Below, piece after piece: positions 49,701-64,000 of a stretch of 64,000 nt of DNA (the stretch's first letter is position 1; the number at the start of each line of letters is the position of its first letter). Below the pieces are notes generated by a model, which saw only the letters and a list, made by a program, of their open reading frames with translations, had not been told where the DNA came from and did not search any database. This DNA comes from Azolla caroliniana. Its lineage: Eukaryota > Plantae > Polypodiophyta. The stretch lies in NCBI GenBank assembly GCA_043228905.1, contig JBHGNT010000014.1, positions 3,100,001-3,164,000 of the forward strand, read 5' to 3'. A program made the translations under genes and the position numbers.

Positions 49701-52044
49701 TGCATGTGTTTTATCAGTAGTTGTGTGTTTGTGCTTGTACGTGTGTTAAGTGTGTATGCTTGTATGTTTATGGATATTTTGTGTGTTTTATTTCATTTTT
49801 GGGGATATGTGAATATGTAATTGTGTGAAAAGTAGTTGTGTATATGTGTGTGTTAATCTATTGAACAATGAATTTGTAAAATGTGGTTTAGACTTTAACA
49901 ATTGGTAAAGCGATACAATCAAAAGGGAAGGTATATGTATTGGGTAGTTGCCTCCATGCCATTTATTGTATGTAGTCCCTTTGGGGGCAATGGAATAGGT
50001 GTAAAGGGGAAGAGGGGGAGGGTAGACTTAGGACTTCAACTATGAAGTTTAGGCTTGGGCATTAAGCTATGGGCATTAAGTTACAGGTATGGTGTCAGTA
50101 GTCTTTGCCGACTACACCAATTTCTATGTTATGTGGGGGAGTGGTTGATGGGGTGCTACTTCTCTGCTACAATGAGAAGGAGAGAAGTGCCCATTGCCTT
50201 CTCCTTCTTCCCGATTTTTTTTCCTTGAACTTTCATTCTTTGTATAAGTTCTTGATGATTGAGCTATATCTTTTTGTTGTCATGCTTTTCATCTTGTCTC
50301 GTGTCGTACTTTTATTCTATCCTTCAACCTTTTATATCTCTTAAGTTTGATGTATTTCCAATCATGAGCTTCCCACATCGTGACAACAATCATTACATTG
50401 GATCAAATGGAGGATAAGTGACAAGGTGTTCTACCTCCACACTCTCCATAGTGAACTAGAACACAAGTCAACCAACATGTAGCATCTCAAGATTTACTTT
50501 GGGTCAACCAACATGTAGCTAAGGGTACCCTCTATAATATGGTTTTCTCTTCGTAACTAGGGGTCGTTATTGTAACAAGAGATGCTCTTTGTATAAAAAA
50601 GAGGGTCACCTCATAGTTAGTAGGTGATAGCTAGGTTGAAGATAATGGTTCATGTGTGGAATAAATAACTCTAAGGTAGCAATTTTCGTAGGAATATGCA
50701 ACATTCTCCACACTAATTGGGCCAATCTATATCCATATATGTTTCCATTGCTATACTACTCTCCCCTTGTTTCTCATATTCAAATGCCAATCCTCCTTGA
50801 ACCTATCCATGATAGACTTGTCAAAAATGGCCTCAAGCACCTCCTCAAGCTATGCGAGACATTATGCAACCCTTGGAGGGTGAAATTGTGCGTGGATCCC
50901 TAAGCTGGATTTGCCTATCATGTCTTCAAAAAAGCTACTTGCTAACGATACCGTCATGCCCATGTTTCCTGTCCAACACTTTGGCCCATACTCCACGTCA
51001 TCCAAGACCTACAAAATGCATGAAGGATTGACCCACTGTTTCATGAGGTCATGAAGTTTCTACTAGATATAGGGTTATATAGCATAGAACAGATTGCTCC
51101 CACCATAGTGACCTATCCAAATCCAAATGTCTACTAGGGTTTCTTAATTGCAAAGAAAATTGTTGTTGAAGTCACCACAATAGACACAAACAACGTTTTA
51201 CTAAATTGGCTCCCCCATTGGTTCAAGATGTTGTTTCCCTTGATCCACAAGGAAAAGAAGGGGCTCCTTGTTGAAGGACCCATGGTTGTGCTATGAAAGA
51301 ATATAAAATGAACACAATGCTAAAAACTATGCAAAAGGAATACACAAGTGAGAGAAGTAACATAACATTGGGTCATAGACATCCCCTCATCCTATGGTTT
51401 TGTCAAAGTGAACCTATGAAAATCGCAACTTCCCATTCCCATGATCACATCACATTGAATTGACAATAACAACCATGGAGCTCGAACATGTCATTGACAT
51501 TTTTAATATATAGCATAGGACATCAAGTTTAAATCGAGCATGAAGTTGGAATACATGGACAAATTTGTTAAATGAGTTTTGATTGAGATGTAGGATCTTG
51601 TCAAAGCCTGTCTTCTTTTAGGAGCCAAATGCTTTCTGTTTTGAAACAAATACCATACAATCTATTACAATTACATCACTTGAAAATGTAACAAGTAATT
51701 CAAGAAGTTTCTTTTTCTTTTTTTTGTCCAAAAAATTCAAGAAGTTTCTTATTGCTAAGCAATAAAGTTATGCCTGCCAAACATCATCAAGTAAAGGATA
51801 CACCTTTAAAAGGCTTGTGAATTCTACATTTCCCATGTAAAACTTGTTGGAACTATTTGAAATAATTGCATTTGTTACGAAATCCTTAGCAATACGTGTA
51901 TGTAGTTTTTAGGCACTCATATTTCGGTCTCTAAAAAGAACTCATTTTAGTAACTCTCGGGTGTGTTCTAGGGGGTGTGTAAATAATGTTCTTGAATCAT
52001 TGCTCATGTGTAAGGTTATATTGTAAGAATTATGTCGTATCATG

Positions 52045-52554
52045 TAGCAATTGTTAACAGTTTGGTTTGGTTCAAGAGTGTCAAACTCAAATCGTTTAAA
52101 AAAATTGAAACTTAAACCGAACTGAACAGAACCATGAAACCGTTTAAATGGAACTGTTAAAAAAAATTCAAGTTCAAACTAAACGGTTTTAGAGACGTTC
52201 AAACCTTTAAACCGTTAAACTACGGTTTCGCAGTTTGGTTTTGGTTTTCAAGTTAGGTTAAATTTCAAATTTTTACATTTTAATTATAAAATTTTTCAAT
52301 ATTTTAAGTTTTAAGTTTTCAAACTTAAAGATTTTTCTTATAATATCAAAATTAGGCTTAAAATGTTCAAAAAAATATTAATTATCAAGTGTCAATTCTA
52401 AACCGTCAAACCGTTTCAATAGTTTGAACCGTGGTTCCAAACCATCTAAACAGAAAACTGTTAAATCGGTAAAGGCTTGAACCAAACCGAACCATTTAAG
52501 CTGTTAAGTTGTGGTTTGACGGTTCGGTTCAAACCGAACGGTTACCAATTGCTA
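52045..52554. mobile_element. hAT-type MITE
   Basis: TIRs TAGCAATTGTTAACAGTTTGGTTT and AAACCGAACGGTTACCAATTGCTA. 8-bp TSD GTATCATG/ATATCATG. Subterminal AACCG/CGGTT motifs. Confidence 0.85.
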
Positions 52555-52672
52555 ATATCATGCCATAAGATCTAATACAAGGTGTTGGCACCTTGTAATA
52601 AAAACATTAAATTCCCTCCTTTTTCCTCACCCATTGCCTTTCTTTTAATAGCATGTTTCCATTGTGGCCGTT

Positions 52673-53165
52673 GAAGAGCCCTGCTATTGATTTTCTTCAG
52701 TTTTGTAGTACAAGGGACAATCGAAGTTGTTGCAATGCGATGCGAGTTCATCGTGAGCCCTCATTGGAAAGGTAATTAGCGTCGTCCAACACACACGTGT
52801 GGCGTATATGCATGTGTGTGCACCATGGCGAGACTAGAGCCTCAGAAATAAGATCCTCCACATATTAATACTGGATCAACGATGGATTTTCGATGCATTC
52901 GTGATGGTGAGAAATTCCGTTGTCGTCGTCGAAGAGCGTTGCTATTGATTTTCGTCAATTTTGTTGTATAAGGGACAATCGAAATCATTGCATACTGATG
53001 AGACCCAATGCAACAAGAGTTCATTGTGAGCCCTCATCGAAATGTATTTTGCATTGTCCAACACACGCGCGTGGCATACCTTGGCAGAAGCAGAGCCTTG
53101 GAATATAAGATCCTCCACATATAAATGGGATCAACGAGGGGTTTTGCGATGCATGTGTGATGGTA
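52673..53165. repeat. Diverged ~258-bp tandem duplication upstream of PsbR, containing a G-box
   Basis: GAAGAGC..TGCTATTGATTTTC..AAGGGACAATCGAA..GTGAGCCCTCAT..GTCCAACACAC..ATAAGATCCTCCACA occurs twice. CACGTG is at 52794-52799. Confidence 0.8.
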
Positions 53166-53334
53166 CTGATGCAGGAGCTTCTGGGTTCTTGCGCAGAGCT
53201 GTTGGGTAGGTACTCGAGACAAGTGGCGCCGGACAGAGAGGAACATAGATGGGCAGGGGGTCATCGGATGGTGAAAAGATGGACGGCCGGATGGGGAAAG
53301 GATGGGTTGGGATGTGGATAAGGTGAGAGACACA

Positions 53335-53387
<53 letters not shown>

Positions 53388-53607
53388 GCCTTCCTCTCTC
53401 TCCTCACCTTATCCCTCTCACATGGGACCAATGTTTGTGAGCCACACACACACACACACACACACACACTCTCTCTCTCTCTCTCTGAAAGAAGAGAAGA
53501 AAGAAAAGGAGAGAAGACCCAAGAGTAATTCTCATCTATCTGTGTATTTGTGAGGGAGATACAGACAGTCACAGACAGAGAGAGACAGAGAGAGATAAGA
53601 GGAGGAT

Positions 53608-55586
53608 ATGGCTGCTGTTTCTGCATCTATGGCTTCTACAGCTCCCATTTTCAGAACAGAGTTCTCTGGATCGGCAATCCAGGGCCTTCCTAGCCTCGCC
53701 TCGCCCGCCCATCTGCGCCGCCCTGCCTCCCTCAAAGTCACTGCCAGCTCTGGCAAGAAAGTCCAGTCTAAAGAACCAGTTGGTTAGTGATTGCTCTTCT
53801 CTTTTTTTTTTTGTTTTGTTTTGTTTTGTTTTCTCTTCTCTTCTAAACAAAACCCTAATTCTCTTTCTCATTCTGGTTATGCTCTATCCTTCTTTCTTCC
53901 CCCCCCCCCCCTTTTTTTTTGCCTATTTCTAGGTCCCTCTGGTGAAAACAAGTTCAGAAATGGGCTAGACGCCTCTGGCAGAAAGACTAATGTAAGAGTT
54001 TATCATCTCAAATCTGTTAGATCCTTATTTTTTCTTTTTTGATGCTAAACCTTGTGTTGGATGTATGTAATGATATGATTCTAATATCATTCGATGATAA
54101 TCTTACTCTCGATGTATCCCATCATGCCAAGGTTGTGTATAGTTTCATGTATCACATGATGCTAATCTCATTTATAGATGTATGTATCGTGTGATGCTAA
54201 TCTCATGTACACACCTCTATGTTTGTTAGTATTCTTGTTAAAGATGTATGTATCAGGTGATATTAGTCTTGTTACAGGTCTTGTGATTGTTCTATTTCGT
54301 TGTGTGACAATAATCTTTGTGATGCCTTAAATATAATAAATACTTGATTATCCATAGCTAATCTACTGCCCATCTTTTTGTTACTTCATAGGGAAAAGGT
54401 GTCTATCAATACACCAACAAGTATGGAGTGAATGTTGATGGATACAGGTAGGCTAACTCTAGTAAGGTTTTCCATCTTTAATTTCTCAGCATATAAGAGT
54501 CTAAAAAGTTGGCGAAACATCAATGGAATGGATTAAACATTTGCACTAGTTGAGAAGCCGTGGCTGGTTCAAGCAATTAATTCCTAGTTAAAGGCATTGC
54601 TTGATTGATTATCATTACCCTGGTTGTGTAACTAGATCATTACTAGCACAACCGATTCTTTGTTTATTGCTAGTTTGGTTGATCAACTAGATTATTGGTA
54701 TCGAATCCATTCTCTAGTCAATCTACTAGGTGATCCATGGTGGGGTTATTGCCACCTGGGTAAACAACCTAAGTAGTTGGCTATAGACCAGTGGAGTGAT
54801 TTGGTGGAGCGTTTGATTGATTGTTCAAGCAACATGTCTGTGAATAATTTTTAGGAGACTGTTTTTATGAATTTGTTCTACTGGTTATGGCGTTAACTGT
54901 TTCTGTTGAATTATCCATAGTTTGGTCAATTGGTTAAACAATGTGTCCATGAAAACTCTTGTAGATGAAATGTGCTATTGCCAAACTTGGTAAATCTGGG
55001 TAATGAGTAAGTTAAGTCATTGTCTGGCTATCAGAAATACTTGATTCACTTAAATACTCCGCGGCGTCCATAAATTTTCAGACATACATTAGTTAACCTA
55101 TTCCATAGTTTGGTCAATTGGTCTGTGGGATATCATGGTTGGTTCGATCATTTTAAATGATTCGGTTAATACATGAGCGGATTCATTAATTTGGTAATCG
55201 GCTGTTTTCTAATAGCTGATGACCTATTTCTTTGTTTTTCCAAATTTTAGCCCCATCTATACACCAGAAGAATGGTCTGCAAATGGAGATACCTATGCGG
55301 GAGGTAAGTGCTCGATGCATTAAATTCTTTGCTAGACTTCACATAAGAAGAAGCTCAATGCATTAAATTCTTTGCTAGACTTCACAAAAGAACTCTTTCT
55401 GTATGTGAAGCAATATTGGCTTGCTTGTCTGTCTATCCATCGTGTCTCTCGCTCTTATTCTGTTGTGATATTTATTTGATGGTGCGTGAAGGTGTTAACG
55501 GTCTTATTCTCTGGGCCATCACTCTCGGTGCCGTCCTTTTGGGGGGAGTTCTTCTCGTCTACAACACAAGTGCTCTTGCTCAGTGA
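53608..55586 (+). CDS. PSBR: Photosystem II 10 kDa polypeptide PsbR precursor, 145 aa. Exons 53608-53782, 53933-53991, 54392-54447, 55251-55303, 55492-55586
   Basis: Transit peptide [10 protein letters not shown]..., then [13 protein letters not shown]|[15 protein letters not shown]|[19 protein letters not shown]|[17 protein letters not shown]|[21 protein letters not shown]. Introns are GT-AG and the CDS is 438 nt. Confidence 0.96.
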
Positions 55587-57869
55587 GAGAGGATTACATC
55601 AATCAATGGCACCAACATATGTGTACATGTAGAACTTTATTGCCCTTGAATTTTCTCTTGCAAATCATGTTATGTATCTCTGTCGAATTGGCGATTAATC
55701 ATGCTGATACTATTATTATTAGAGTGGCAAATTATGTGAAATATACGTAAAATAATCAATTAATTAGTTTAAAGTAATGGTGTTTTGCAAACTAGAAAAA
55801 ACATAACAAAACTGCATCCAACATGGCACCTGTTAGTTACGTCACACATGTATGTTGCGGCGTGTAATCTCTATGAGTATTCTCCAACTAGCAACATCAT
55901 GGGCAAAGCTGCAAAATTGCATCACATTTGCAATGTCAATATTTATAATGGTATTTGCTAAGTTTCAGAACCATATAGCCAAACGGTTCTTTAAAATACT
56001 TGCTCATTTGTGCCTCTTACATAGTTATTTAGGCAACTTGTTGCACTCCATATTTTGAACTCAATATTATGGAATAATGAAAATGGCAATCGATAACATG
56101 CAATGGATGAAAATCTGGTTGTCAAAGTTGGTATTAAACATAGCATCAATACTAATGTATCACATTTACAACACTATATTTAATGGTCTTTTTCATGTAA
56201 TGAGTATTACATTTACTACACAATATTTAATAGTCCTTTTCATGCAATGAGTATCACAATTACAACACAATAATGCAAAAAACTAACTTAATTTCAACAT
56301 GTGTGCCACATTCCCAAATTTTATGAAGATCTTTGTATGGTTTGTGGACTGTTTTTAAGGTGTTGCTATTTCATAACATTGAAGTATTCATGCCCAAAGT
56401 TGTCCGAATTCTTTCTCCCACACAACCAAATGACATTGATGCTTCACTTGCCCTTCTTTACAATGATTTTGAGCCCAATATGGGATATATGTCGTTGTGG
56501 ATGTGTGGGTCATAATGCAAGTCAATGATCATCTTCATCATTATTTTAAACCTATTTCCACACAGGAAGAAAGAAAGATATGGGGGGAAGGGGAGTGGAA
56601 GGGATGAGTCTCACACACATGATCTGATGAATCTTGATAGGTGTGGCATGATTTAAGAGAGATAGTTTTATTCTCCATACTGTCCATTCCTTAGCTCTTT
56701 GAAAAAAAGGGATTAGATCAAACTAGCATGTGTCAAAGCTGAAAACTAGATTATGGTTACATATATGTGTGTGAGTAAGTGTATAATATGTATAGCAAAA
56801 GAGGGGAGGGGGGTTGTGTGTTTTTTAGATTAAGTAATGCACATATTTAGGTTCAAATGTGTGTAATACTTTGAATGTGTGCGTATGTGCAATGTGCTTG
56901 TGTTTAGAGATGCAAGTGAGTGTGTTAATAGTTCATAGTGAGTCATGTATAAGATGTGTATGCATGGAATTGTAGTGCAATGTGGTGTGTGGGTTGCTTG
57001 TTTATGTGTATATATCTTTATGTATGTGAAGAGAAAAGGGGGATATACCTTAGTACTTTAAAGAATGCCTTGAATTTTGTTGGATTTGGAGGGCATTTTG
57101 GGAACATAAAATTCCCCTTCAAGGTTGTGGGTAAAGTGTGTAAAACGAGTTTCCTAGTTTTCACTTGCTCACGTTGCGATGCTTTATTGCTTCGATTCAC
57201 ACAAAACACACATTAAGGTTTCTCTCCCAAGAAAATAAGTTTTAGAATGATATATTCAATTGAATTTTCATAATAGTTAATAATCCCATGGAATATAATA
57301 GATTTATTTTAAAAACTAATGCGCTACACTATCTTGTAGAACAAATTACTCCTTTTACATAGTGTGACAAGACATTGCGTGCGGGAGAGATATCTGTGAT
57401 TCATTGTGGCAAGTGATTGATGGCTATGTCGCCTCGGTCATTGTAGGCCCTTGTGATTTGCCTCCTTGGGTTAACGAAAATTTTGACAAAGCTCATGTGT
57501 TTGAATCCTAAAAATATTGAACCCGAAACTAAGCTCTCTTCCTTGTTCCATAGCTTTTAGGTGCTCCCTTGTTGAATAAAGAAAGTATTCTCTCTCCTTA
57601 CATGCACTTGTCCTCATCCTTGCATTAGAACTTGATTTTGGTAGAATATACTTCTTCTAATTCTCAGTCATAACAAACCTTGACCTTTTGGTGCTTTGAT
57701 CCGTTCACACAAGCCACATCATAATAGGTTGCTTCTTTTGATTCTTCTGCTTGATGCTTTTGGACCTTTTGGTGCTTTTTGACTCTTTTGCTACTTCTTT
57801 TGATTCGGCTTCCTTGCACTCCTCAGCTTGTTGTAGCTACATTTGTCTCCTTAGTGCGTTGAAGCAATG

Positions 57870-59510
57870 ATCTGGGATAGTTGTAAGTTCTTGGTTCCGC
57901 GAAGATACCAGAATATGTATTTAACAACTTCTCAGAGCTTCTTTCCAAGATTAGACATGTAACAGATGGTGACGCCTACAACATATGTAAGGTCGGGTCA
58001 GGTGGCCACCATCGTGTACATGAGACTTCCTACAACCGATGCATAAGATATCTTCCTCATCTGCTCAGTCTCAACCTCTATAGAGGGAGACTCCCCTTCC
58101 GATAGTCGGATCGACGTCTGGAGCAGAGTCGGTGCTGACTTCTATTTGTCCATGTTGAATAGCCTTAGCACCTTACGGATATAGTTGGATTGGGAGAGCC
58201 CTAGGATCTTCTTGTCCTATCTCGCTCTATCCTCATGCCTAGGATGTGTCGGGCTTGTCCAAGTTCCTTCATCGAGAATTTCTTGTGAAGTTGTTGTTTT
58301 AGCTTCTAGATTTTGGCTTTATTGCTTCTTGCGATAAGCATGTCGTCAACATAAAGGATCACGTGGATCCGGGACTCGTAAGCTAATTGCCGAATGTACA
58401 TACATGGGTTGGGGTTGGACCAGTTGTACCCAAGCTGCCGGATGTAGGAATCAAACATTTGGTACCACATCCTTGGTGCTTGCTTCAAGCTGTAAAGGTT
58501 TTTCTTCAGTCGGCAAACAAGGTGACCTTCCTCCCTCATCGTTGTGAAACCTGACGGTTGGGACATGTAGATATCCTCTTCTAGATTCTCCGTGAAGGAA
58601 TGCCGTCTTGACGTCCAGTTGCTCGAGCTCAAAGTCTTCCGTCACTACGACTACAACTCTGAGTAAGAGCCGAAGGGTCATCATTTTGACTATGGGAGAA
58701 AATCTGATCGTAGTCGATGCCATGTTCTTGTTTGAAACCCTTGGTGACGACCTGAGCTTTGTATTTGGGTTTGCCTGAACTAGATACATATTTGTACTAG
58801 TAAACCCATTTGTAGGGCAACAACTTCCTTCTGGTTGGTAATTCGACCAGCACCTATGTGTCGTTATGTTGGATTGAGTCCATTTTGGATTGCATGGCTT
58901 GTTGCTAGGTTTCAGCATTCGATGGAATAGTGGCGTCTTCGTATGAGCCCAGTTCTCCTATGTTTGTATAGTTGACGTAGTCTAGCTCCGATTGATAGAA
59001 CTTTGTCAGTTTTCGGACTCATCTGGATCTTCTCGATGCTGAATTGTTAGGTTCAGATTCTTTGACCTGAGCGCTTGGCCAGTTGGCATATTTGCAAGGC
59101 AAAAAATTCCTTTTGTCTTGCAATTGAACCAGCTCCCATGTGTCGTTCTATCGGATTGAGTCCATTTTGGATTGCATGGCTTGTTGCCATGTTTTGGCAT
59201 CCGATACAATGGTGGCTTCTTTGTATGAGCTTAGTTCTCCTGCATCCGTATAGTTGACGTAGTCTAACCCCGGTTGATAGAACTCTATTGGTTTTCGGAC
59301 TCGTCCGGATCTCCTCGGTGCCAAATTGTTTGGTTCGGATTCTTTGACCCGACCGCTTGGCCGGTCGGCATTTTGTGAACTCTTGTTCAATGGAGATTTA
59401 TTTGGGGATCCGCTCTGGCAATGATTTTGTTTATGTGTCAGATCTACCCCTTCCTTGGGAGTATTCGACTAGTGAGTTGGTACGTTGGCTAGTTTTGATT
59501 GGTGATTTGG
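57870..59510 (-). mobile_element. Decayed Ty1/Copia pol fragment, with an internal ~230-bp duplication (~58860-59090 vs ~59145-59370)
   Basis: Motifs PRRSGRVRKPIEFY, WQQAMQSKMDS, LEQLDVKTAFLHG, LKKNLYSLKQAPRMWY, LYVDDMLIA, YASVVGSLMY. Confidence 0.88.
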
Positions 59511-61300
59511 TGTAAAGAAAAACTTGAATGCAGAAGCTTGTAGACAACAAACAGAATAGGATGAGCCAGACAACAGTACACAATTAGGAATACACAGGGA
59601 ATGGAGATGGAGTACATAGTGAGAGAGAGATAGAGTTAGGAGACAACAAGTTCTATTCAAAATAATAATATTTTGTAGATATAATGTGGTCATCGAGCAC
59701 TTTTTATACAAGCCCTTGACAGTGGGTTGACACAAGTATTGATAAAGTACTTAATGCTCACTTATGAGCTCTGCCCCTTAACAACCTATAATATTCCTAT
59801 TACTAAAATAGGAACATTATACTTCTTCAGCCAATCTGGCTTCATGTTGAGCTTGTCACTCAACACTCCCCCTCAAGCTCAACTTGGGGGATTGCTCTGT
59901 CTGCTCTACCGGTTCTTCACCTTGGCTCCTCCTTGCTCTGCCTACTCTTCTCTTGGCTCGCGCATCTCAACCTGTCCGATCGTCTTGTCTACTCCTTTGG
60001 CCCTCGTTGGCCTTCTTCCCGCTTCTACGACGTCGACGCCTCTCGATCCGTTGGCTCTCCCGCTCCGGCTTCGGCTTCGGTTGGCCTCTTGCTTGTTCAA
60101 AGTTCTCCTGATTCGGCTCGTCTATATCGTCCACATTGTTTAAATCGGCTATCTTTGATTGGTTGCTCCATTAAGCTCTCCCCCTACCTTGTTCCGCTTG
60201 TTTGGCCAACTCATTCGTTGCGCAGTTCTCGTCCAATTTCCCCCTATCGACTAGTCTCTCCCTAGCCATGCTTCCTTCAGTTCTCCCCCTCAAGTGTGGC
60301 ACATCGAGATGCTACAATTAAAGCATCTCTAAAAGTGTCGTAACTTGTCTAGTCCAAGGGGGTTGGTGAAGATGTCGTCTACTTGCCGATAAGTCCAAAC
60401 ATAACTCACTTCGACCTCTCCACTAAGGACGCACCTGCGCACGAAGTGGTAGTGGACTTCTATGTACTTGGTGCGAGCGTGGAAGACAAGATTCTTTGCT
60501 AGTTGGATGCTGTTAAGGTTGTCACAATAGATCGGCGTCGGATCGACAACCTCCACTCGTGGATCCTGCAGCAACCCTTTGAGCCATATTTCTTCGTATG
60601 TTACGATAATTGCTCCTTTGTATTTGGCCTCAGTGCTCGACAGTGCTATTGTCGACTGCTTCTTGTTGCTCCACGTGATCGCTATGCTCCCAAGAGAGAA
60701 CGAATATCTTGATGTCGATTGGCAATCGCCAACGTTTCCGGCTCAATCGGTGTTCATATAGCCGAATTGATACAACAACCCATGGACCTTTGTGCTGCTG
60801 ACATATCTCAATATCCTATGCACGCACTGAAGGTACTCGACCGTTGACTTTGACATGAATTGATTGATTAGTCCGACCGGATAACTAAGTTTTGGGCGGG
60901 TGATGGTCAAGTAGATGAGGCTTCCAACAATTTGTCAGAACCATTTCTCGTCTCAAGCCGGCATTGAGTTATGGTAAAGCTTCTGATTCTTATCGAGAGG
61001 AGTCGTGACGGATCGGCAATCTGTCATGCTGAATTTGTGCTGTAACATATTCAACACATAGTGGTGTTGACTGATCAATATGCGTCAGGGGTGTGGATCA
61101 CTTCGATCCCGAGGAAGTAATGAAGGTTCCCTAGGTCCTTCATCTCGAATGTAGCCGATAGTTGAGAGTCGAGACTTGACACAACCTATTTTACCAAAGT
61201 TGGCTCCGCTAATGAAAAGGTCATCAACATATAGCAAGATGCATATTAGACCTTTTTGACCTTTCTAGATGAACAAGGAGGTGTTCGACTCGACCTTCCT
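59511..61300 (-). mobile_element. Ty1/Copia 3' part (RT/RNase H, PPT, 3' LTR 59511-59865) adjoining the previous Copia
   Basis: Motifs LLYVDDL, MKDLGNLHYFLGIEVI, YCDNLNSIQLAKN.VFHARTKYIEVHYHF. PPT GAGCTTGAGGGGGAG precedes an LTR TGTTGAGT...TTCTTTACA of the same lineage as 32360. Confidence 0.85.
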
Positions 61301-62835
61301 TTCGACTCTACAAGCCTTCAACTTTGATGAGTCTTCAAGTTCAAGGAGCCTTCGAGTCACCTAATATCCCACATGGTCTGGTTCAATTCCTCGATGGTCT
61401 TGGTCAAATTTCAATCGCACATCACCGTATCTAACTTTGTGTAGGTAGCCAAAATTGTGTGGTGTCTTTCTACCAACCTTGCGCTTCAGTTAAAGTTTTG
61501 GAGGCTTGATTTTTTGGAGTCACACCACACGACGACTTGATACCCCATGGGTCCACGTTGAGAGGAGGGTCTCTCATACTTTATATGGTAGGTTCAAGGA
61601 GTGTGAGTGTGTGTTGTGTTGTTAAATATGCAGTCATTTGTTCAGAAATGGTTGCCTCGATGCCATGCTTGATGGATTCAGGTTGGACACCTTTGTTTTA
61701 TGATGTTGAGTTCTTGCATCGTATCTTGGTAATGTCAATTAAGACTCCGCTGATCCATGGGGATACACGCTTATTGAGGTGTGCCTTTGGGGGCTAGGGG
61801 TTAGATTTTAATGTTGATGTATTCTCAGTGTCAACCAACCTTCATAATACTTTGAGGGGTTTGAGGTGTTGGCTTTGGCATTTGTATTAGCTCGAGCCAT
61901 TTCAATGTTGCGGGTGATGTAGAGCTTGAAGAAATTGGCCCAAATTTGGCTAGTTTCGTCCATTTCCCTTTTGGTCATATTTGCATCTATTTTTCTATTA
62001 CATTCAAGTGGATGTGTAATGAGTTTTACTTATAATTTTATTTTTATTTTTATAGATATATATAATTTTAATTTTATTGAGATATAATTATATATATAAT
62101 TTTATTGAATGCATGGAGGGGCAAGAAGAAACTTTTCTTTTTAAGGTTAAGAATGGAAGGTAGGTATGGGAGACATGAATGGATTTGAGATGTGGATCTG
62201 GGTTGTATGCAAATGGAGGGGAAACTTAGATGTAAGTGGGGACTCAGATTTATGTGGTAACATGAATGGAGGGGGAACTCGAAGGGGTGGGGGGGGGACT
62301 TGAATGGAGGGGGTGCGGATGTGAAAATGACGCCAAGCCAAAGAAAATTCGAAATTTATGGGTGGTTAGGAATGTCAACTAGTGCTAATCATGTCACAAC
62401 AAACCTAACAAAGATCTAAAAAATATATTTAACACAAAACATATTAATCTAGACTATTAATAAGCTAACATTCGAGCGATTAGGGGTGAAAAAGGATGAA
62501 AATAGATTAAGTTAGCTTAGTTTAACTTAACTAACGAAACAAAATAAGAAATGTTTCACCTTATTAGTATCTTCCTACGCTAAGTAGACTTGCCAAAAAA
62601 TTCATCATTAGTTGTGTCAGTCTTATACTCAGTGATGACGCCAAATAGACGTGTCGTTTTCGTGTGCCTAATGGGAGTGTGTTTATGGATCCACGGAGTT
62701 TTGCCTCTTGTTGATATTGTTAGCCTAGGATTCAGACCGGCATATACCCTTTTGATGGTGAATCGACTGAAGGTGGTTGTCAAGCACCTAGGAGCTACGA
62801 GTTTACTTAGTTATGAATATTAGCACTAAAGCTCA

Positions 62836-62936
<101 letters not shown>

Positions 62937-63274
62937 GCACATAAACATGAATGTAGAAACAACGAAGATAGAAATAAGCACACCACTTCTTATTGCAAAA
63001 AGCTCTAGCACCTTAAAAAAGGAGGAGATTAGGGTTTGGCTTACTTAGCTCTTAACCGTAATGAAGGCTTAGGGAGATAAAAAGAGCCCTAGTGCACTAA
63101 TGAAAAGGAGAAAGAAGTGCTACAAAAGACACCAAAAGGTGGCTTTTATAGATTTTTACAAGGTAAGCAAGTTCCTTTCACACTAGGTTGCCCATTGCTT
63201 ACATTACTTCCTATTTGGTTTGTTCTAGCCCACTTTTCCTATGGTTGGTTGACTTCAACGTCCATGGTTGGTGT

Positions 63275-63679
63275 TAACAATCGACAACGGTTCGGTTCGA
63301 GAGTGTCAAAACCAAACTGTTTAATATATTTGAAACTTGAACCGAACCACGAAACCATTTAAACCAAACTGTTACAAAAAATCCAATCTGTTAAACCGTT
63401 AAAACTGTGGTTTCATGGTTTGGTTTTGGTTTTTAGGTTCTAAGGCAATTTCAATTTTTAAAATTTCAAAATTTTAAAGAATTTTCCTAAAACGTGAGAA
63501 TTAGGCTTAAAAATGAAAGGCTTGTTTCAAAACATATTAAAACAATTTTCAACTAGCAACCCTAAACCATCAAATTGCTTAAACCAAACCGTTCGCCCCC
63601 TAAACCGAACCGAACCAAAATCGAACTATTAAAAAACTTGAACTTAACCTGAATTGAACGGAACCGTTGCTGATTGTTA
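63275..63679. mobile_element. hAT-type MITE related to 52045-52554
   Basis: TIRs TAACAATCGACAACGGTTC and GAACCGTTGCTGATTGTTA. Degenerate 8-bp TSD GTTGGTGT/GTTGATGC. Shares GAGTGTCAAA, AAACTTGAACCGAA and ATTAGGCTTAAAA with the 52 kb copy. Confidence 0.75.
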
Positions 63680-64000
63680 GTTGATGCCTTGATCTCCTCT
63701 ACCGATGTTGTCCATTATACGACATCATAGGCTTGAACATACAATTTTACATACTAATAAAACCCTACAATAGAAAACATGGTTATTGGCCAACCAGTAC
63801 CATTACATGGTGCATTCCAACTAGACCATCATCACAAGGACCATCAATCGATACAAGTTTCCAAATGCATACATGTTATCTCTGGAAAAATGTTCTTCCT
63901 TGCTAGAACCTCGAGTCCTTTTTGACTCATGTGCCCAAGTCTCTTGTGCCATAGCTCAATAGAGACATCTTTGTCTGCTACATTTACCTCTCCACTGGAC

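Noticed and set aside
48390-51500. Short duplicated ORFs and TG-rich tract
   Set aside because: Only a ~70-bp duplication and decayed low-complexity or TE sequence are visible, with no supportable gene.

Overview
Eukaryotic plant nuclear DNA. It is probably from a non-seed vascular plant such as a fern, inferred from intron style, dense microsatellites and the TE families present. Five protein-coding genes can be reconstructed by hand: a 7-exon RSS3/At5g53900-like bHLH-MYC_N gene (5171-7302 +), an unidentified spliced coiled-coil gene (8532-~11544 +), coatomer beta (COPB, 19099-23081 -), intronless RPL12 (46298-46798 +) and PsbR (53608-55586 +). Most of the rest is transposon-derived. A ~17 kb nest (24.5-41.6 kb) consists of an old L1 LINE broken by a Copia/Gypsy composite, a young GC-rich gag-only LTR element with a tRNA-Trp PBS, and a non-coding LTR element filled with a minisatellite. 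There are also solo LTRs, RTE/RTEX-like LINE pieces, nested Copia remnants and hAT MITEs. The most notable signal is in the non-coding LTR element at 38905-41478. It has no tRNA PBS, and its PBS position is a perfect 12-nt complement of its own predicted transcript 5' end, which is the signature of Tf1-type self-priming. All coordinates and counts were read by eye.
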